A DNA stretch of 64,000 bases from Lytechinus pictus. Lineage: Eukaryota. The notes beneath the pieces were generated by a model that worked only from the letters and a program-made list of their open reading frames with translations, was not told where the DNA came from and searched no databases. Shown here piece by piece: positions 26,746-41,717 of this stretch (the first letter of the stretch is position 1; every line of letters begins with the position of its first letter). The translations under genes were made by a program, and so were the position numbers. The DNA lies in the NCBI RefSeq assembly GCF_037042905.1, contig NC_087250.1, positions 4,714,001 to 4,778,000 on the forward strand, written 5' to 3'.

Positions 26746-27618
26746 ATGAAGAAAGGATACGATCTGAGAAGTAAATCCAGACCCGGTCAACATCAACGCA
26801 ATACCAATACCAGTGCGCGTGCTAGTGCATCGAGCCAACGCCCACTTCAGGTAGACCCAACGGCGCCACGTAAGCACATGAATGCCGACAACATGCCAGC
26901 TATGGAGGCATCGATCGCGGATCTTCAAAAATCATTCTCCGAGTTCTCTAGTCGGGTATGTGCTAAACTTGATATCATTCACACAGACCTGTCTTCAATA
27001 AAGAAAAAAGTATCGGATCTAGAAGCGGCTGCTGAGGATAATTCGGTGCGAATGCTGAATCTAGAGAAAGAAAAACTGCCTCAATTGGAAAAAAAGTTAC
27101 AAGATGAGATCGACTCTCTAAAGGAAAAGCTACTACTATCCGAAATATATCAAAGGAAATCAAATCTCTTGTTTTATGGGTTGGAAAGAAAAGAAAATGA
27201 AAATGTTATGAATGTTCTTCGTGATGCATTTATTTCGCTTGGTTTGAGTGACGAGGAAGCACAGTCCGTAGCCTTGATCAATGCTCACCGTCTCCCATCA
27301 ACTCGTAGAGCAACCAACACCAACGCACCAGAGCCTATCATCGCCAAGTTTGTTTACATGGCCCAAAGGAATCGGTTGCTATCTGCATTTGAAAGGAGGC
27401 CACAACGTCCAGGAAATGAGCAACCCAGCAAAGCAAGAATCAGTGTTCGCACCGACTTACCCCCAGTGTTGAAAGCTGAGAGAAGAATTCTGGCTGCAAA
27501 AGCGTACAAATTCAGGAAAGAAGACAACCTTTCAACCAAAATAGTTGTTGCCGGCACAAAAGTTGTCCTGTACACCAAATCAAAAGAATCAACAGAATGG
27601 AAGCGTTACCAAGAATAA
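26746..27618 (+). CDS. LINE ORF1p-like protein (intact, 290 aa)
   Basis: Coiled coil followed by YQRKSNLLFYGL, NAHRL, PIIAKF and ISVRTDLP. Confidence 0.85.
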   Translation: MKKGYDLRSKSRPGQHQRNTNTSARASASSQRPLQVDPTAPRKHMNADNMPAMEASIADLQKSFSEFSSRVCAKLDIIHTDLSSIKKKVSDLEAAAEDNSVRMLNLEKEKLPQLEKKLQDEIDSLKEKLLLSEIYQRKSNLLFYGLERKENENVMNVLRDAFISLGLSDEEAQSVALINAHRLPSTRRATNTNAPEPIIAKFVYMAQRNRLLSAFERRPQRPGNEQPSKARISVRTDLPPVLKAERRILAAKAYKFRKEDNLSTKIVVAGTKVVLYTKSKESTEWKRYQE

Positions 27619-30023
27619 AAGAATAAGAACCCACGATTATTCTTGTTGCCCTAATACTAGAGCAAAGTTTTTCCGGAATGTTCTTCAAATTCTAGTAACT
27701 CATATCCTATGTAAAAATCAAAACGCCTTAGTTGGATCAAAGCTCACCAACACGGTCATAGGCCTACAGTCTTTATACACAGGTGTATGCTGTTTGAATT
27801 GCTTACAAGAAGCTAACCTTGTGTTAGTGTCTCTACCAAATATCTGTAATATCGAATTCTTATAGGCCTGGTAGTGTATAATCCATATTTTGACATAAAC
27901 ATTGTTTCCAAATCGTTTAGTAAACGAAACACATTTTAATATTCATACAGCTATAATGTAAAGGTTGTAATTTATCCCCCAAGCAAACAAAAACAACAAC
28001 ATCCAAATCTTCATAAGTCCTTCACCTAAAGCAAATACAAAAAAAAATATCTGCAATGATTAGTAAACAAAAAATATATATTGTGAGATGCATTCGCCAA
28101 AATGTGAGGACTTGTATTAGTATGTGAATCTTTTATTTGAAATCTGTCAATTTCTACAGAGATTGCTAAACATAATATTATCTTCATACCTTACTATGCA
28201 CTTATTATGATATCCATTTAGCCAGATGTGCAGATATTATGTGGTATTGTTGTTTGGGGAAAAGAAAAACTATAAATGTCACAATTCATATAGATTGTAT
28301 AATGGAAGAATATGGAGAAAAAAATTTTTGTAAACAAATCAATTTGAATGAATTGAAGATACAGTGTGTATTTCATCTAACTACATATGAATTTGCACGC
28401 GGTTGTATAGCTTGCTCAAATACATCCGAGTCGGGATCTATCTTTAACTTAAATAGTGACGATTTATGCAGATGTTAAACACAAGACTATTATAAGTATA
28501 TAAATCCTTCACTAAATGTGAAATATATATAATCCTAAAATACATCTAATTCAATGTGGAACTTCTGTTTCAAATGTGACAATTACTGCAGATATTGTCA
28601 TCAAAGCATAAGATTATCATTAGTATATAAATCATATCTCACTATATATTATCAGATCCATTCAGCCAAAAGTTGAAAATATTTGGTTGTGTTTTGTTCG
28701 AGGAAATTATCAAATATATTATTTTTGTAAACAACAAAATCTGAATAATTTGACAATATATCGTGAGACTCATAGATGTGAATGTTTACACGCGGTTGCA
28801 TTTTATTAAAATACATTCGATTCATTATCAATCTTTTACTTGGAATGTAACGACTCTGTAGACACTTTTTTTCAATCATAACTAAAAAATGAATATGTCA
28901 TTTTTTGTATCAAATATATCTAGCTCCAGTTAAATCTTTTATTTATATGTGATCCGACAATTTCTGCAAAAGTTGTTAAACATTGAACTATCATTAGTAT
29001 ACAAACCATATATACAGTGAGATGCATTTGCCAAATGTGAAGATATGAGGTAATATTTTATCCAAACATATATCTAATTCTATGTGGATCTAATATTTGA
29101 AATTTGTCATTTTCTGCAGATATTTTTTATTAAACATATAAGATTATCATCAATATACAAATTATATTTCAATATGCATTATTAGATTCAATCAACAAAA
29201 TATGAAAATATGTGGTTGTGTTTTGTTCGAGGGAAAACAACTACCTGTAAGTCTTTATAGAGCTTCAGTTAAATGCGATAATTTCTAGATTATCTAGAAG
29301 GAAAATATTGAATATATTATATTGTCTTTGTAAACACCACAATTAAATGTCAACATATCATGATATTCATTTAGCTAGTTGTGAAAGTGTACGCTAAATC
29401 TAGCTCTATGTGAATTTTCCTTTTTTTTCATACTGGCGATGCGAAATTTCTGCAGAAATTGTTAAAGAAGTGACTACCATTAGTATACTTCATATTTCAT
29501 CACATATTGTGAGACTCTAATATGAAGACATGTGGATGTATTTTGTGGATCTCGTTTTTTTTTTATTGCTGTAGAACTAGAATGTGAAGGTGCACACGCG
29601 GGTGTAGTTTATTCACCGTGAGCTGATATCAATCTTTTACGGGAATTCAATTCTCCAATAATCACCTCCATCATCATTGTCATCATTGTCATAATTTTCA
29701 TCATCATCATCATCATCATAATCACCAACAGCAAATTCGATTTCACATTCATCCTTTATTAGTTTTTTTAAACTTCATCCTCTCTTCATCTCATCTCCAT
29801 TACTACCACCATCTTGCTGTTATGACACAGAAAATTTACACACAAATCACATATCATACCAATAATCTTAAGTTTTCGGTAATACCAAATTATCCTCCTG
29901 AGTAATGACATGGACATTTTTTCTATTTTCTATTTTTTATTTTCATGGACATTTTTTCTATATTCTATTTTCTATTTTCTATTTTTTCTATTTTTTCTAT
30001 TTTCTATATTCTATTTTCTATTT

Positions 30024-32911
30024 TCAATACAAACAATATATCATCTGATAATAATTATTACTCAACCGAAGAATTTACATCTAGATTTAGAGACATGGAA
30101 CATAAATTCAGTTTGCTTCATATTAATGCTCGTAGTTTGAACAAAAATTTTGAGTCATTGAGTCACTTTAAACAATTTCAAATTTTCCATTATTGGTGTC
30201 ACGGAAACATGGCTTCACAATACTTCACCTAACTTATTCAGTTTAAAAAACTATAATCTCATTAGGCGTGACCGGGAAGATCAAAGAGGAGGAGGTGTAG
30301 CATTTTACATCAGTGAACATTTACAATTCAAAGTAAGGAAAGAAATATCATTAAAACAGAGTGAAACTTTATTCATAGAAATCACGAAGCCAAAAAGCAA
30401 AAATATAATTATTGGATTGATTTATAGACCCCCTCATGATAAAGTAAATTTATTTTGTTAAGACCTTGAAATGTGCCTTCATACTATTAGAAAAGAAGAG
30501 AAACAAATATATTTAATGGGTGATTTTAACATCAACCTGTTATCCCAAAATAATGAACATGATTTATTCCTACACACAATGCATTCATTTGGCTATTATC
30601 CCCATATAGATAGACCGACTAGAATTGATAGCCATTCATCAACACTTATTGACAACATTTTTTCAAATATATTAAACAGAGATATTACCAGCGGATTGTT
30701 AATATCTGATATATCGGATCATTTGCCGGTTTTTTCATTTTGCGATAATGATATTCCAAAAGAAAATATACTCAAATCGACAATGTATAGAAAAGAATCT
30801 CAAAATAACATTGAATCGTTTAAAAGGGATCTTGCTATTGAAGAATGGTTGGATGTATTTCATGAGTCTAATTCAAACATTGCATACACAAATTTTAACA
30901 ATAAATTGCAGACATTTTACGAGAAAAAGTTTCCTGTGATACCACTGGTCAAAAGAAAGAAGGCAAAAATGCCATGGATATCTAAAGCAATTTTAAGATC
31001 CATACGTACCCGAAATAAACTTTACAAGGCATTTTTAAAGAACCCTTCTATTCAAAACAAAAATAAATACAGAACTTATAGAAATAGACTAACCAATACA
31101 ATTCGAGCTTCTCGCAAATTATTTTATTCCGAGAAGCTTTACAAAGTCAAATCAAACATGAGAGCAACATGGGAGATTATAAATGATTTGATTGGCAAGA
31201 AACCCAAAATATTACCCAAAGATAATTTCACAGCTCATGATGTTGCGATAAATTCAGAAGATGTAGCTGATACCTTTAATTCCTTTTTTGTTAACTTAGG
31301 ACCCTCATTGGCAAACAAACTTGACAGAACTGATGAAAATTTTGGAAAATTTCTTCCCACACCCATTAACTCTTCTTTATTCTTTAACCCAACAAATGTT
31401 CAGGAATTAATTGAAATAACAAAAAATCTCAAATCAAGCAAATCACAGGGAATTGATAGAATTAGTACTTTCCTTCTTAAGCAGATCATACACTATATTG
31501 CCTCTCCTTTGTGTCATATTTTTAATCTGTCGATTAGCACCGGAATATGTCCTGATTCCCTAAAAATTGCAAAGGTAAATCGTGTTAAAAAAAAAGACAA
31601 TCCGCATGAAATAACAAATTACAGGCCTATTTCTATTCTTCCCAGCATTTCCAAAATATTAGAGAAAATTTTTTACAATAGACTTTATAAGTTTCTAGAT
31701 ACTTTTCATTTTCTAAATTCTAACCAATATGGATTCAGGAGAGGACATTCGACTGATCAGGCGTTAATACAAATATACGATAAAATTTTTAATGCAATGG
31801 CAAAAAAGAACATATAATAGGCGTATTCATGGACTTAAGCAAAGCCTTTGACACTCTTGACCACCAGATATTACTTAAAAAACTTGAAAATTTTGGAATT
31901 CGCGGAATTACACTATCTTGGTTTAAGAGTTATTTGTCCAATGGAAAACAATATGTAATTCACAATAATATTCGTTCTGATTTTCAGTTAATACAATGCG
32001 GAGTTCCACAAGGATCAATCCTAGGCCCCTTGCTTTTTTTAATATATATCAATGATTTGACTTCTGTAACACCTTTATTATCATATGTATTATTTGCAGA
32101 TGACACCAACATTTTTTGTTCACATAATAGCTTAGAAACGTTAGGAGATATAATTAACCGTGAATTACCAAAACTATCTTTGTGGTTTAAGTGTAACAAG
32201 CTTTCACTCAATATAGATAAAACAAACTTTATATATTTCAAGCATACACACTCACATGATAACGAATTTCCTTACAATATAAACATAGACAAAAGAGAAA
32301 CAAAGTTTTTAGGTGTCACAATATATGAAAATTTAAATTGGAATGAACATGTACGTTGTATAACTACTAGTATTTCTAGAAACTTTGGTATACTTTACAA
32401 AATGAAAAACTTAATTCCACATACAACTCTTGTCATACTCTACAATTCATTAATATTGCCTTATATATCATATTGCAACATAGTTTTGGCAACATGTGCA
32501 AAAACTGAAATTAATACAATATACTTAATACAGAAAAAAGCAATTCGAATCTGTACTGATTCCCAATATTTATCACACACAAATCCATTATTCCATAAAC
32601 TAAAGACTCTAACCGTATTTGGCATAAATACTCTTCAAAGTTTACTACTTATGTTTAAGTACGTAAATAACATGCTCCCACCTTCATTCCACAATTTTTA
32701 TACTCTGAATACATCTATTCATTCTTACCCTACCCGTAACTCTTCAAATTTCCATTTAATCAACCCTAAATTGCTTATTGCGCAGAGATCCATAAGACAC
32801 CATGGTCCAGATTTGTGGAACTCTCTAGCAGAGCCTGTAAAACAATCTTCGTCTCTTCACTCATTTAAGGCAAACGTTAAATCTATGTTATTATCAGAAT
32901 ATTTGAAGTAA
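30024..32911 (+). pseudogene. LINE ORF2 (APE + RT), disrupted
   Basis: Motifs HINARSL, TETW, GGGV, MGDFN, SDHLP, DLSKAFD, GVPQGSILGP and FADDT. Frameshift/deletion at ~30160, stop at 30459, frameshift at ~31805. Confidence 0.92.
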
Positions 32912-35900
32912 AATTTCTGTGTCGTATCCTTTTTATCGTGAATTTATTCCTCCTTCGATTTAGTCATTACCAATATCTTCATCATGACCACCGTCATCTC
33001 CATGGCCTTCATCATCATCATCATCATCAACATCATCATATCACCGTCACCCTCAGCTTTATCATCTTCATCTTCATACTATATTATACTCGGCAAACAA
33101 AATGACAAAACAAAATAATATGCGATTATGTCGTGGCTTTATTCAATAGAGATGAACACTTTTCCGAATCTGGTGTCACAATCACATAAGTATAAAACAT
33201 GGATATGAATACCTCTGATTAGAGACTTACATTCATGTATGTCTGGAACCAACCGATAGCCTTGGTTTAGCTCCCCGAAGGGGGGTTAAACCCCCGGCTA
33301 GAAGGCCCCCCTCCCAGAAAATTCAACGTTAAATTTCACGGCTGCTTTCCCACTGGTTCTCTGCTAGCCGGACAGGAATACCAGCACAGCTATTAACTAC
33401 ATGTATGAGCTATCGGCAAATCGGTGGATTACAGATGGCATACTTATATCATATAATATACATATATATACCAGCCTTCCCGCATGAGAACTTGGGTGAG
33501 GCCAAAATTTCACGAAAAATATAAATGTATACAGAATACCAGCCTCCCCGCCTATGAGATCAGGTGAGGCCTAAACTGAAAGTTCGAGCGTGACACCCTT
33601 AAATTCAAATTACAATTGCGTTCCTAAAGTACTATGTAAAGTTATAAATAAATCCCCTTCGTCTAGGTACCGAATGAGGACCCGATTCAATATGAAATAT
33701 TAATCAACGTACATGGTATCAAAGTGGAAAATCTAATAACTAGAGGCTAAAATATCATTCACTGCTTTACACACCTTGCAAAAGTGACCATTGTGGATTA
33801 AAGAACATATGCCATGCCAATAATATGAGAACTCAATTCATGTGAATTACCAAAATATAACGAACACCCAGTCCCAAAAACGGGTAAGGGCGAAAACCCA
33901 CCTGACCACAGACCAAAATAGATCAGAAGGATAAAAAATCCCTTACGGCCCACACTTCTAAATACACGACAATCTTTATATTGTTTTGATGTGCGACCAG
34001 GCAAACTGCCCCCGGATTTGAATTCGTGTTTCGTTATAATAAATCAACATTAAATTCATATAAGTAAAATAATTCAAATGTCCATATATCATATAACAAT
34101 TCTACATCCGTTATTCCATTCATAACGAGCTATACACTCCAATAAAACACAAATCAACTCTGAATGATATCTAGAGTATCTTCATTCTCGACCTTCCCCA
34201 TTGCATGTGTTTAAACAACATTCCAACATTGTTTGACCCAAACGTACCCTTTACATGGATGGTTGTTGGGGAGGAGGTGGGAAAATTACAAGCCAATATT
34301 TTGGACGTTCATCTCCGTTGAAAGCCAAGACTAAAATGAAGGATTTTTCGCGCCTTCACCTAGGCGAGCGCGCCAAAATATCGCGCTCCTTGCGCCCAGT
34401 ATAATTTATTGTCATTGGGCGCATAAACAATACCGTCTGGCGCGCCATTGTGACGTATCACCTCGTCAACCGCGCCATTCCAAATTACAAACACCTTCAT
34501 GACCTGGCTTTGTTCGCCGACCTATAAATCATTTTAAATCGCCGAGTCGTCTTTAAAATACATTATACTCGGCAAACAAAATGACAAAACAAAATAATAT
34601 GCGATTATGTCGTGGCTTTATTCAATAGAGATGAACACTTTTCCGAATCTGGTGTCACAATCACATAAGTATAAAACATGGATATGAATACCTCTGATTA
34701 GAGACTTACATTCATGTATGTCTGGAACCAACCGATAGGCTTGGTTTAGCTCCCCGAAGGGGGGTTAAACCCCCGGCTAGAAGGCCCCCCTCCCAGAAAA
34801 TTCAACGTTAAATTTCACGGCTGCTTTCCCACTGCTGGTTCTCTGCTAGCCGGACAGGAATACCAGCACAGCTATTAACTACATGTATGAGCTATCGGCA
34901 AATCGGTGGATTACAGATGGCATACTTATATCATATAATATACATATATATACCAGCCTTCCCGCATGAGAACTTGGGTGAGGCCAAAATTTCACGAAAA
35001 ATATAAATGTATACAGAATACCAGCCTCCCCGCCTATGAGGTCAGGTGAGGCCTAAACTGAAAGTTCGAGCGTGACACCCTTACATTCAAATTACAATTG
35101 CGTTCCTAAAGTACTATGTAAAGTTATAAATAAATCCCCTTCGTCTAGGTACCGAATGAGGACCCGATTCAATATGAAATATTAATCAACGTACATGGCA
35201 TCAAAGTGGAAAATCTAATAACTAGAGGCTAAAATATCATTCACTGCTTTACACACCTTGCAAAAGTGACCATTGTGGATTAAATAACATATTCCATGCC
35301 AATATATCTTATGACATCAGTGTTTAGGCGGCATAATTTGACAAATTACCGCCAAACGAGAATATATTTTATATATATGATCGGCCGCCAAAACACTTCA
35401 TTCATTTTTAAGCGTTCGTTCATAATTTACTCCAGTTTTGTGTTAGCTGGCCAAGCTAAATCAGTTATGCATAACAGGCCTCCAAGCCCTCCATCAATAA
35501 ATTTAAATGAATCAAAATTATACATCTTTGTACAGCCTTTGACGTCGCTGTCTTCCCTGACACAATTACCTGAAGGCTTGCATTCTTTGCCTCTAGATAT
35601 TATTCATTATTTTTTTCCAGAATACCTGCTTTCTATCCTTGACCAACATACCAGCTCCCTATTAAACCAGCATGAAATGAAATTTAAAAACCAGATAGAA
35701 ATATTCAATTCAAGTATATGAACAAATATCTATCTCAAGTTTAATGAGAGCATGGAAAACACTTCTACAGGTATGTATTCAGTTGTTGGAAACAATCTCC
35801 CATTAGAAATACATTAAACATAAACCGTGTCAGAACTTCCTTCACAATTAAAATCTGATTACCATGCACAAAACTAAACAAAACATGAAGGAAGACAAGA

Positions 35901-36011
35901 TAATATGCAATTTTAAGTATCATGGTTTTGATACAAACCTTTTGCAAGCTTCAAAATTGAAATTCATTGCATCACTAATTTTTTTTTTTTTAATCACTAA
36001 GTTATCAATGG

Positions 36012-36818
36012 TGGCCGCACGCCATCGGTTTGACCTTATAATTAACAAATACTAGCATCCCAACATTGCTAAACTAGCAATGCATGCCGCACTGAGGTAC
36101 TGCCTCTTTCTTGTTGCCCCATTTGCCATAAATTTATAACAGTGCATGATTTAACCCTATGCACACAAATAATTCAATTGTGGACAATCGATCATTAAAA
36201 TCCAACCACGGCATTTAGCTAGTCACCTCACACTTAATTCCAACAAATACATATCATACCATTCCTGAGTTATAATTGTATTTTTATGGATTTTGTATAC
36301 TGTTCTGTTGGAAATGAGATAAAATAAAATCTGAAACTGAAAACTTGAGTAACATCCACAGAATAACCCCATTGGATAATGGGGTATAACCATGATAACT
36401 GAAGGCACTAAAACTAATTTGATGGCCGAACGCCATCAGTTTGACCATATAGTTAACACATAGTAGCATCCCAACATTGCTAAACCAACAATGCATGCCG
36501 CACTGAGGTACTGCCATTTTCTTGTTGCCCCATTTGCCATTCATAACAGTGCATGATTTAACCCTATGCACAAATATAATTCAATCGCAGACAATCGATC
36601 AATTAAATCCAACCACAGCATTTAGTTAGTTACCTCACACTTAATTTCAACAAATACATAATTATACCATTCCTGAGTTATAATGGATTTTGTAAATTGT
36701 TCTGTTGAATTGTAGATAAAATAAAAAAAAACTGAAAGCTTGCGTAACATCCACAGAATAACCCCATATAACCCATGGAGTATAATCATGATAATTGAAG
36801 GCACTAAAACTAATTTGA
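36012..36818. repeat. ~405-bp tandem duplication (2 diverged units)
   Basis: TGGCCG.ACGCCATC.GTTTGACC ... AGGCACTAAAACTAATTTGA occurs twice. Confidence 0.9.
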
Positions 36819-39800
36819 ATATGAAACCTTCCCGATCAGGACTATTCGGTTAGAGCTACACTCCTCAATTAAATATGCTGTTAAACTTAGAACCATTTAA
36901 CATAAATGGAATGGAATTTAACACTGGAATTTTACCCGGGATGAATCATTTCAATAATGTTTTCACATATCAACGTAAAACATGACTGCCTTTTTATTGT
37001 TTTATCATCCTCGCCACATCCATGAAATAATTATTTATTTCAAACATTAAATAACATCCGAACGAGTAGTCCTTCAAACGATAATGAATAAAATTTGAAG
37101 TGCCGTATACATTGATACATTCATATAATATATGCTTATCCTGAATAATATGTTCCATTCTTGTTGGCAAAAGCATACGTACAAAGGGCTTTCTTCATAT
37201 GTTCCACATGTTCAAGTTCCAATCCCATCCAAGTGAACAATATGGGGGACCTCATAAAAAGTCTGAAACTGAAATCATGACGAATTCATCCTCATATTAT
37301 ATGAACTCATCATTCAAGACAGCCCACTGTATCATGATGTTTCAAATATGATCTTTCCCTGTTGCTTGAAGGCTAAAATGTTTGTTCACCAGTTTTTTGA
37401 CTGAAGAAAAACCTCTATTCCTTGGAATACGTGTTAAAACCACCTTGTCGGTAAATTAGTTCTATGAAGATGAAGACGTTGACCACTGCTCCAATAAGTG
37501 TCATTGCTGGCAGCAATACCCAGTTCAGTTCTATTTATTATAAGAGCGTATTAACGCCCCAAATGACATCCTACACTATGGACTCTAAGCTAACTGGTCA
37601 GGAAATAGATCCAACCAAAGGGGAACTCTTTGGCAGCCAGACTTGGAGCGTTCTAGATCATACTATAGTAGGTCTAATTGTCATCAGACTTTCCTGCCAG
37701 CCTACCTTGCCTCGCAGTAGCCCACTTGAATCCCTTTCATCCAAAGATCCGGCACTGCAAAAGAAAAGAAGAAAAAAGCCTGGGCAGAACACCAAATTCT
37801 ATATCTAGTACCAAAACGGGTCTGTCCCTCTGCTATCCTTTTCAATTTATCACTCTTGTCCCTCTTCGCACCTTGTAGGCCCGAAAACCGGAGGACGTAT
37901 ATAACAGAGGTTATAAACATTTCTTCATCTACTGCAAACTCACAAGCACTAGTGAAATGCATATTAAATAATTTGTAAGATTACAATCCTCACCAGTATG
38001 GGGGGGGGGGGGGCTCAATTGAACCCCTTAAATGCCTATGGGGTTGTACCATTTATTCAGAAACAACTTGTAAAATATATATATCCTTCGCCCTCTTTAT
38101 CGTAGCTTTTTTCAATATACGCGTACTTAAATTTTGAGCTTTATACGAAACGAGCAGCTTCCCGAAACATCTGAAACCGCCTTCACAGAGTAATCATTAG
38201 TCCCGCTCCTTATGTTTCATTTATAACTGCTATTTTCCAATTCCTTACAGTATAACCCCAACCAGCGATGCAATATCATCTGCATATATGTGCGTGTTGC
38301 AACTTCGACAATATTTCAAAACCAGATTCAATAAGTTTCAAATAATCTGTTTAATTTTAGACTATAACTTCTCTTATCATTTTTATTATTTATTATTCTT
38401 ATTTCAGTATTCGGTTTTACCTCTAGACCACTGCAGAAATAATCAAGCCAAATTACTGCATACAGCCCATTAGATACATTTTCATAATCAACGGGCCACC
38501 AACACGAATATTTCACACGCTGTCCAATTCCAAGAAGAAAATATACTTTTTGGAACCTGGTTTCTGCTTGAGCAATCGGTAAATTTCGTTTGATTAGCCA
38601 GTATACCTATGTGGCTTATTGCATAATTAAGGCATCCGTATATTGTGTCCCCCGAAGCAACAAAGGGAAATGACAGTATGGTACAATATTTCAGACACTT
38701 TCCAACACAGGATCATGTCAATTGATCGACTACATCAATTTCCACTGAATGCCTTCAAGGAATTAGCTCATAATTATAAGCTCATCATCATTATGTATTA
38801 TTTTATTTGCCGCCTTGATCATATATACCGGTACCAAATCTATAATATATTATCATTATTTTGAATGATACTATCGATATTATCTCAGTTCAAATCATTG
38901 ACCAGTCATATAGGCCTATTTGATATTGAACCATGAGGTGTAAGGTTCAATTCTGAAGCGCTTTGAGCGGTTAGAGGCTGATAAAGCGCTATATAAAAAC
39001 AAGTAATTCAATTCCAATAGGGCCTAAGCATTTATATTTTTTCATTTCCACAAGATATAAACCATACAAAATCATAAAAATTCAAGGTATCTTTTTAGGA
39101 GGCCCATACTATTATAACAACTGCTCGTTGAACCCCTTGACTTCAATCTAAACTAAATTGGGGATTCCAAGCTAATTCGAAATTACATCCGATTTAATAG
39201 TATGTGCATGGTAAGTTTACTTTTACATGTACCATGTTTCCTCGAAACTTCGAGCTCACAGTTTTACCAAGCATCGGTATTTAATTCATGCAAAGTGAAT
39301 TCCCAAAACCAACCTCCTTTCAAGGCGTACATGTTTAAACAGAACTGCTTGGTGCAAGTGGAGGTATTTTATAATTTGATTATCAAAGTGTATTATTACA
39401 AAATGCTAATCACATAATCATAATGATAAGCATCATCTGCTACTTTCCAAAATAATGACTGATTCAACAATAACATTTCAAACAGAAAGCTGAGTAGAAT
39501 CTATAATTATTACCACTACCGGTCTATCCACATAATTTTGCGACCAAGAACACAGCTCTCGCTGGCCCATAATCCAGAAAATGTCATAGAGGTCAAATAC
39601 TACTTTTATAGGCCTAACTGAACCATCTGATAATAGGGTCTATCCCCAAACAGACATGTAAAACTGCGTCTACTGTAAGTAGATCTAACGTTAGGCCGAG
39701 CCTAGTTTCACTCTGTGGTGTCACCATGCACTGCTGCAGTGCAGTAGACTACTTGTAAATTTATAACAAAGTGACATTTCCCACTCAATTATTTATCAAT

Positions 39801-40778
39801 ATTCAATAATAGTACCGAAAAGTTTGAACTTTTCGCCAATCACTACCGGTAGTAGACCCTCTATTATTATTCTCACAATTTTTCAACAAAAAAACGGTGG
39901 CTCAAAATTAATCATGGTATTAAATAGATCTTAGCCTAGACCATAACTAGGCCTTAAAATAAGCTGTTAGTGTTACTGTTAGCACCAATATAGACTACAA
40001 TTTCCTTTTGATTTTCCATCGTATATACATATTCGATACCAGCCGAAATTTTAGAACCGCAATGTTGGCATTCACTGGGCCAAATCCAAACCACCGGCTT
40101 CGAAATTGTATATTACAACCGTATTAACCATAGGCCTAGATCTAGTCATGCAGATGCACTAGGGCCTACGCTACGCCTACGCTACGGTAACCAACGTTAA
40201 AATTGTTGAACTCATTCTCAAAACCTCCAATCTCCATCATGACACACCTGGTTCAGACACCAAAACAAGTAGTCAAGTAGGACCAGGTCTAGCCCAGGCT
40301 AGGCCTGTGCTTGAATTTTGAAGCTGACCCCTCCCTTTTCCATCATGATCGTAATTAAAACACCTGGACCAAGTTTAAAATTAATTCCAGGCCAAGTCCA
40401 AGTTATGTCTAGCCTAGGATCTATGGCTTGACATTTGACCTACATGTAAATCCCCAATTGCGTTAGCAAGCCAAATGGCAAATGCCCCCCCCCCCCTGTT
40501 TGCCTGACTACATGAACTAGGCCCTAGGCATTTGATTTGCCTAGCACAAACATGGGAATGGGATCTTCGCGTGCTAACGTAAGAACCGGGGGGGGGGGGG
40601 TATTGAAGGGCCATGAAATTGAAAAAGATTTGTGTCAGACTCAGAGCGTAACTAATCGACTTCTGACCAATAAGAACATTATTTTATTTTTATTTTTTTT
40701 TTTTTCTTCTTCAAAATCTCAGACTAGGATCTAGGCAGGCCTACCTGCGCTAGTCTAAAGAAAGTTCCAAAAGTTACA

Positions 40779-41053
40779 AATAATAATAATAATATAGGAA
40801 ATTTATATTGCGCACATATCCACCTTGTTAGGTGCTCAAGGCGCTCCTATATTACCCGGCTAAGCTAGGCGTTCATAGCGCACACAGCTTTTTAAGGAAT
40901 TACTTCCTACCGGTACCCATTTACCTCACCTGAGTTGAGTGCAGCACCATGTGGATCAGTTTCTTGCTGAAGGAAATTACGCCATGGCTGGGATTCGAAC
41001 CCACGACCCTCTGTTTCAAAGTCCGAAGACTAATCCACTGGGCACAACGCTCC
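40779..41053 (-). mobile_element. Intact tRNA-derived SINE
   Basis: Minus strand reads GGAGCGTTGTGCCCAGTGG (A box) ... GGTTCGAATCCC (B box), then a core with GTAAATGGGTACC and an (ATT)n tail. Confidence 0.9.
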
Positions 41054-41083
41054 ACCCCGATACTACCGTAGTACTACTTGTAT

Positions 41084-41717
41084 GGTTGGAACTACCCCTT
41101 ATCGACCACCTAATCTTCTAAGCATCGTATCTGCGAAAATATTCATCAATTTTACCCAGTTTTCGTCTCATTTGTGCAGAAAATTGAGCAGATCAGATTC
41201 CTATGTTTCGCTCGGCGACTCCAATTCAATCCGCGTATATATCGACGAACAACGAATACGACGATTTTACATTTGATCATTTGCACCCGTCTTTTGAAAC
41301 CGACCACCCGCGATACACTATGTTTACGGTCGATTCTTGTCGCGGTGGCGAAATATTTTTATTCATCCAAATCAGTTTTATGATGTAAACATGCTAAATG
41401 ATCGTCTCACTACTTCCACTGCGAGCTCCGGCACATGATTCGACGAGTCACGATTGACGACGGATATTTGTTCTAAAGCCGTTTCCTATCGGATTTCTTG
41501 GTTTTTCAGCGGGGTTTGGGTCTGGTCAATACAATTTTGATTAATTCTACTAAATTTTTACTTTTTGTTGATTTTTTTTTCTCATAAAATCGATTCTTAC
41601 CGTTTCTATGGACACTGCGCCTACTCTCCCGCGCGTATCGTTTGTAATACGCAATAATTTTAACGCGCGCAAGGTGGTCGGTTTCAAAAGAGGTGGTCGA
41701 TATGTGGTAGTCTCACC
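41084..41717. mobile_element. MITE with GG...CC termini and AT flanks
   Basis: GGTTGGAACTACCCCTTATCGACCACCT / AGGTGGTCGATATGTGGTAGTCTCACC. Confidence 0.65.

Noticed and set aside
33470..33572. Twin CCAGCC(T/C)TCCCGC...GGTGAGGCC motifs resembling an HDV-like ribozyme L3
   Set aside because: No closing P3 strand or P1/P2 pairing could be built, and no hammerhead core was seen.
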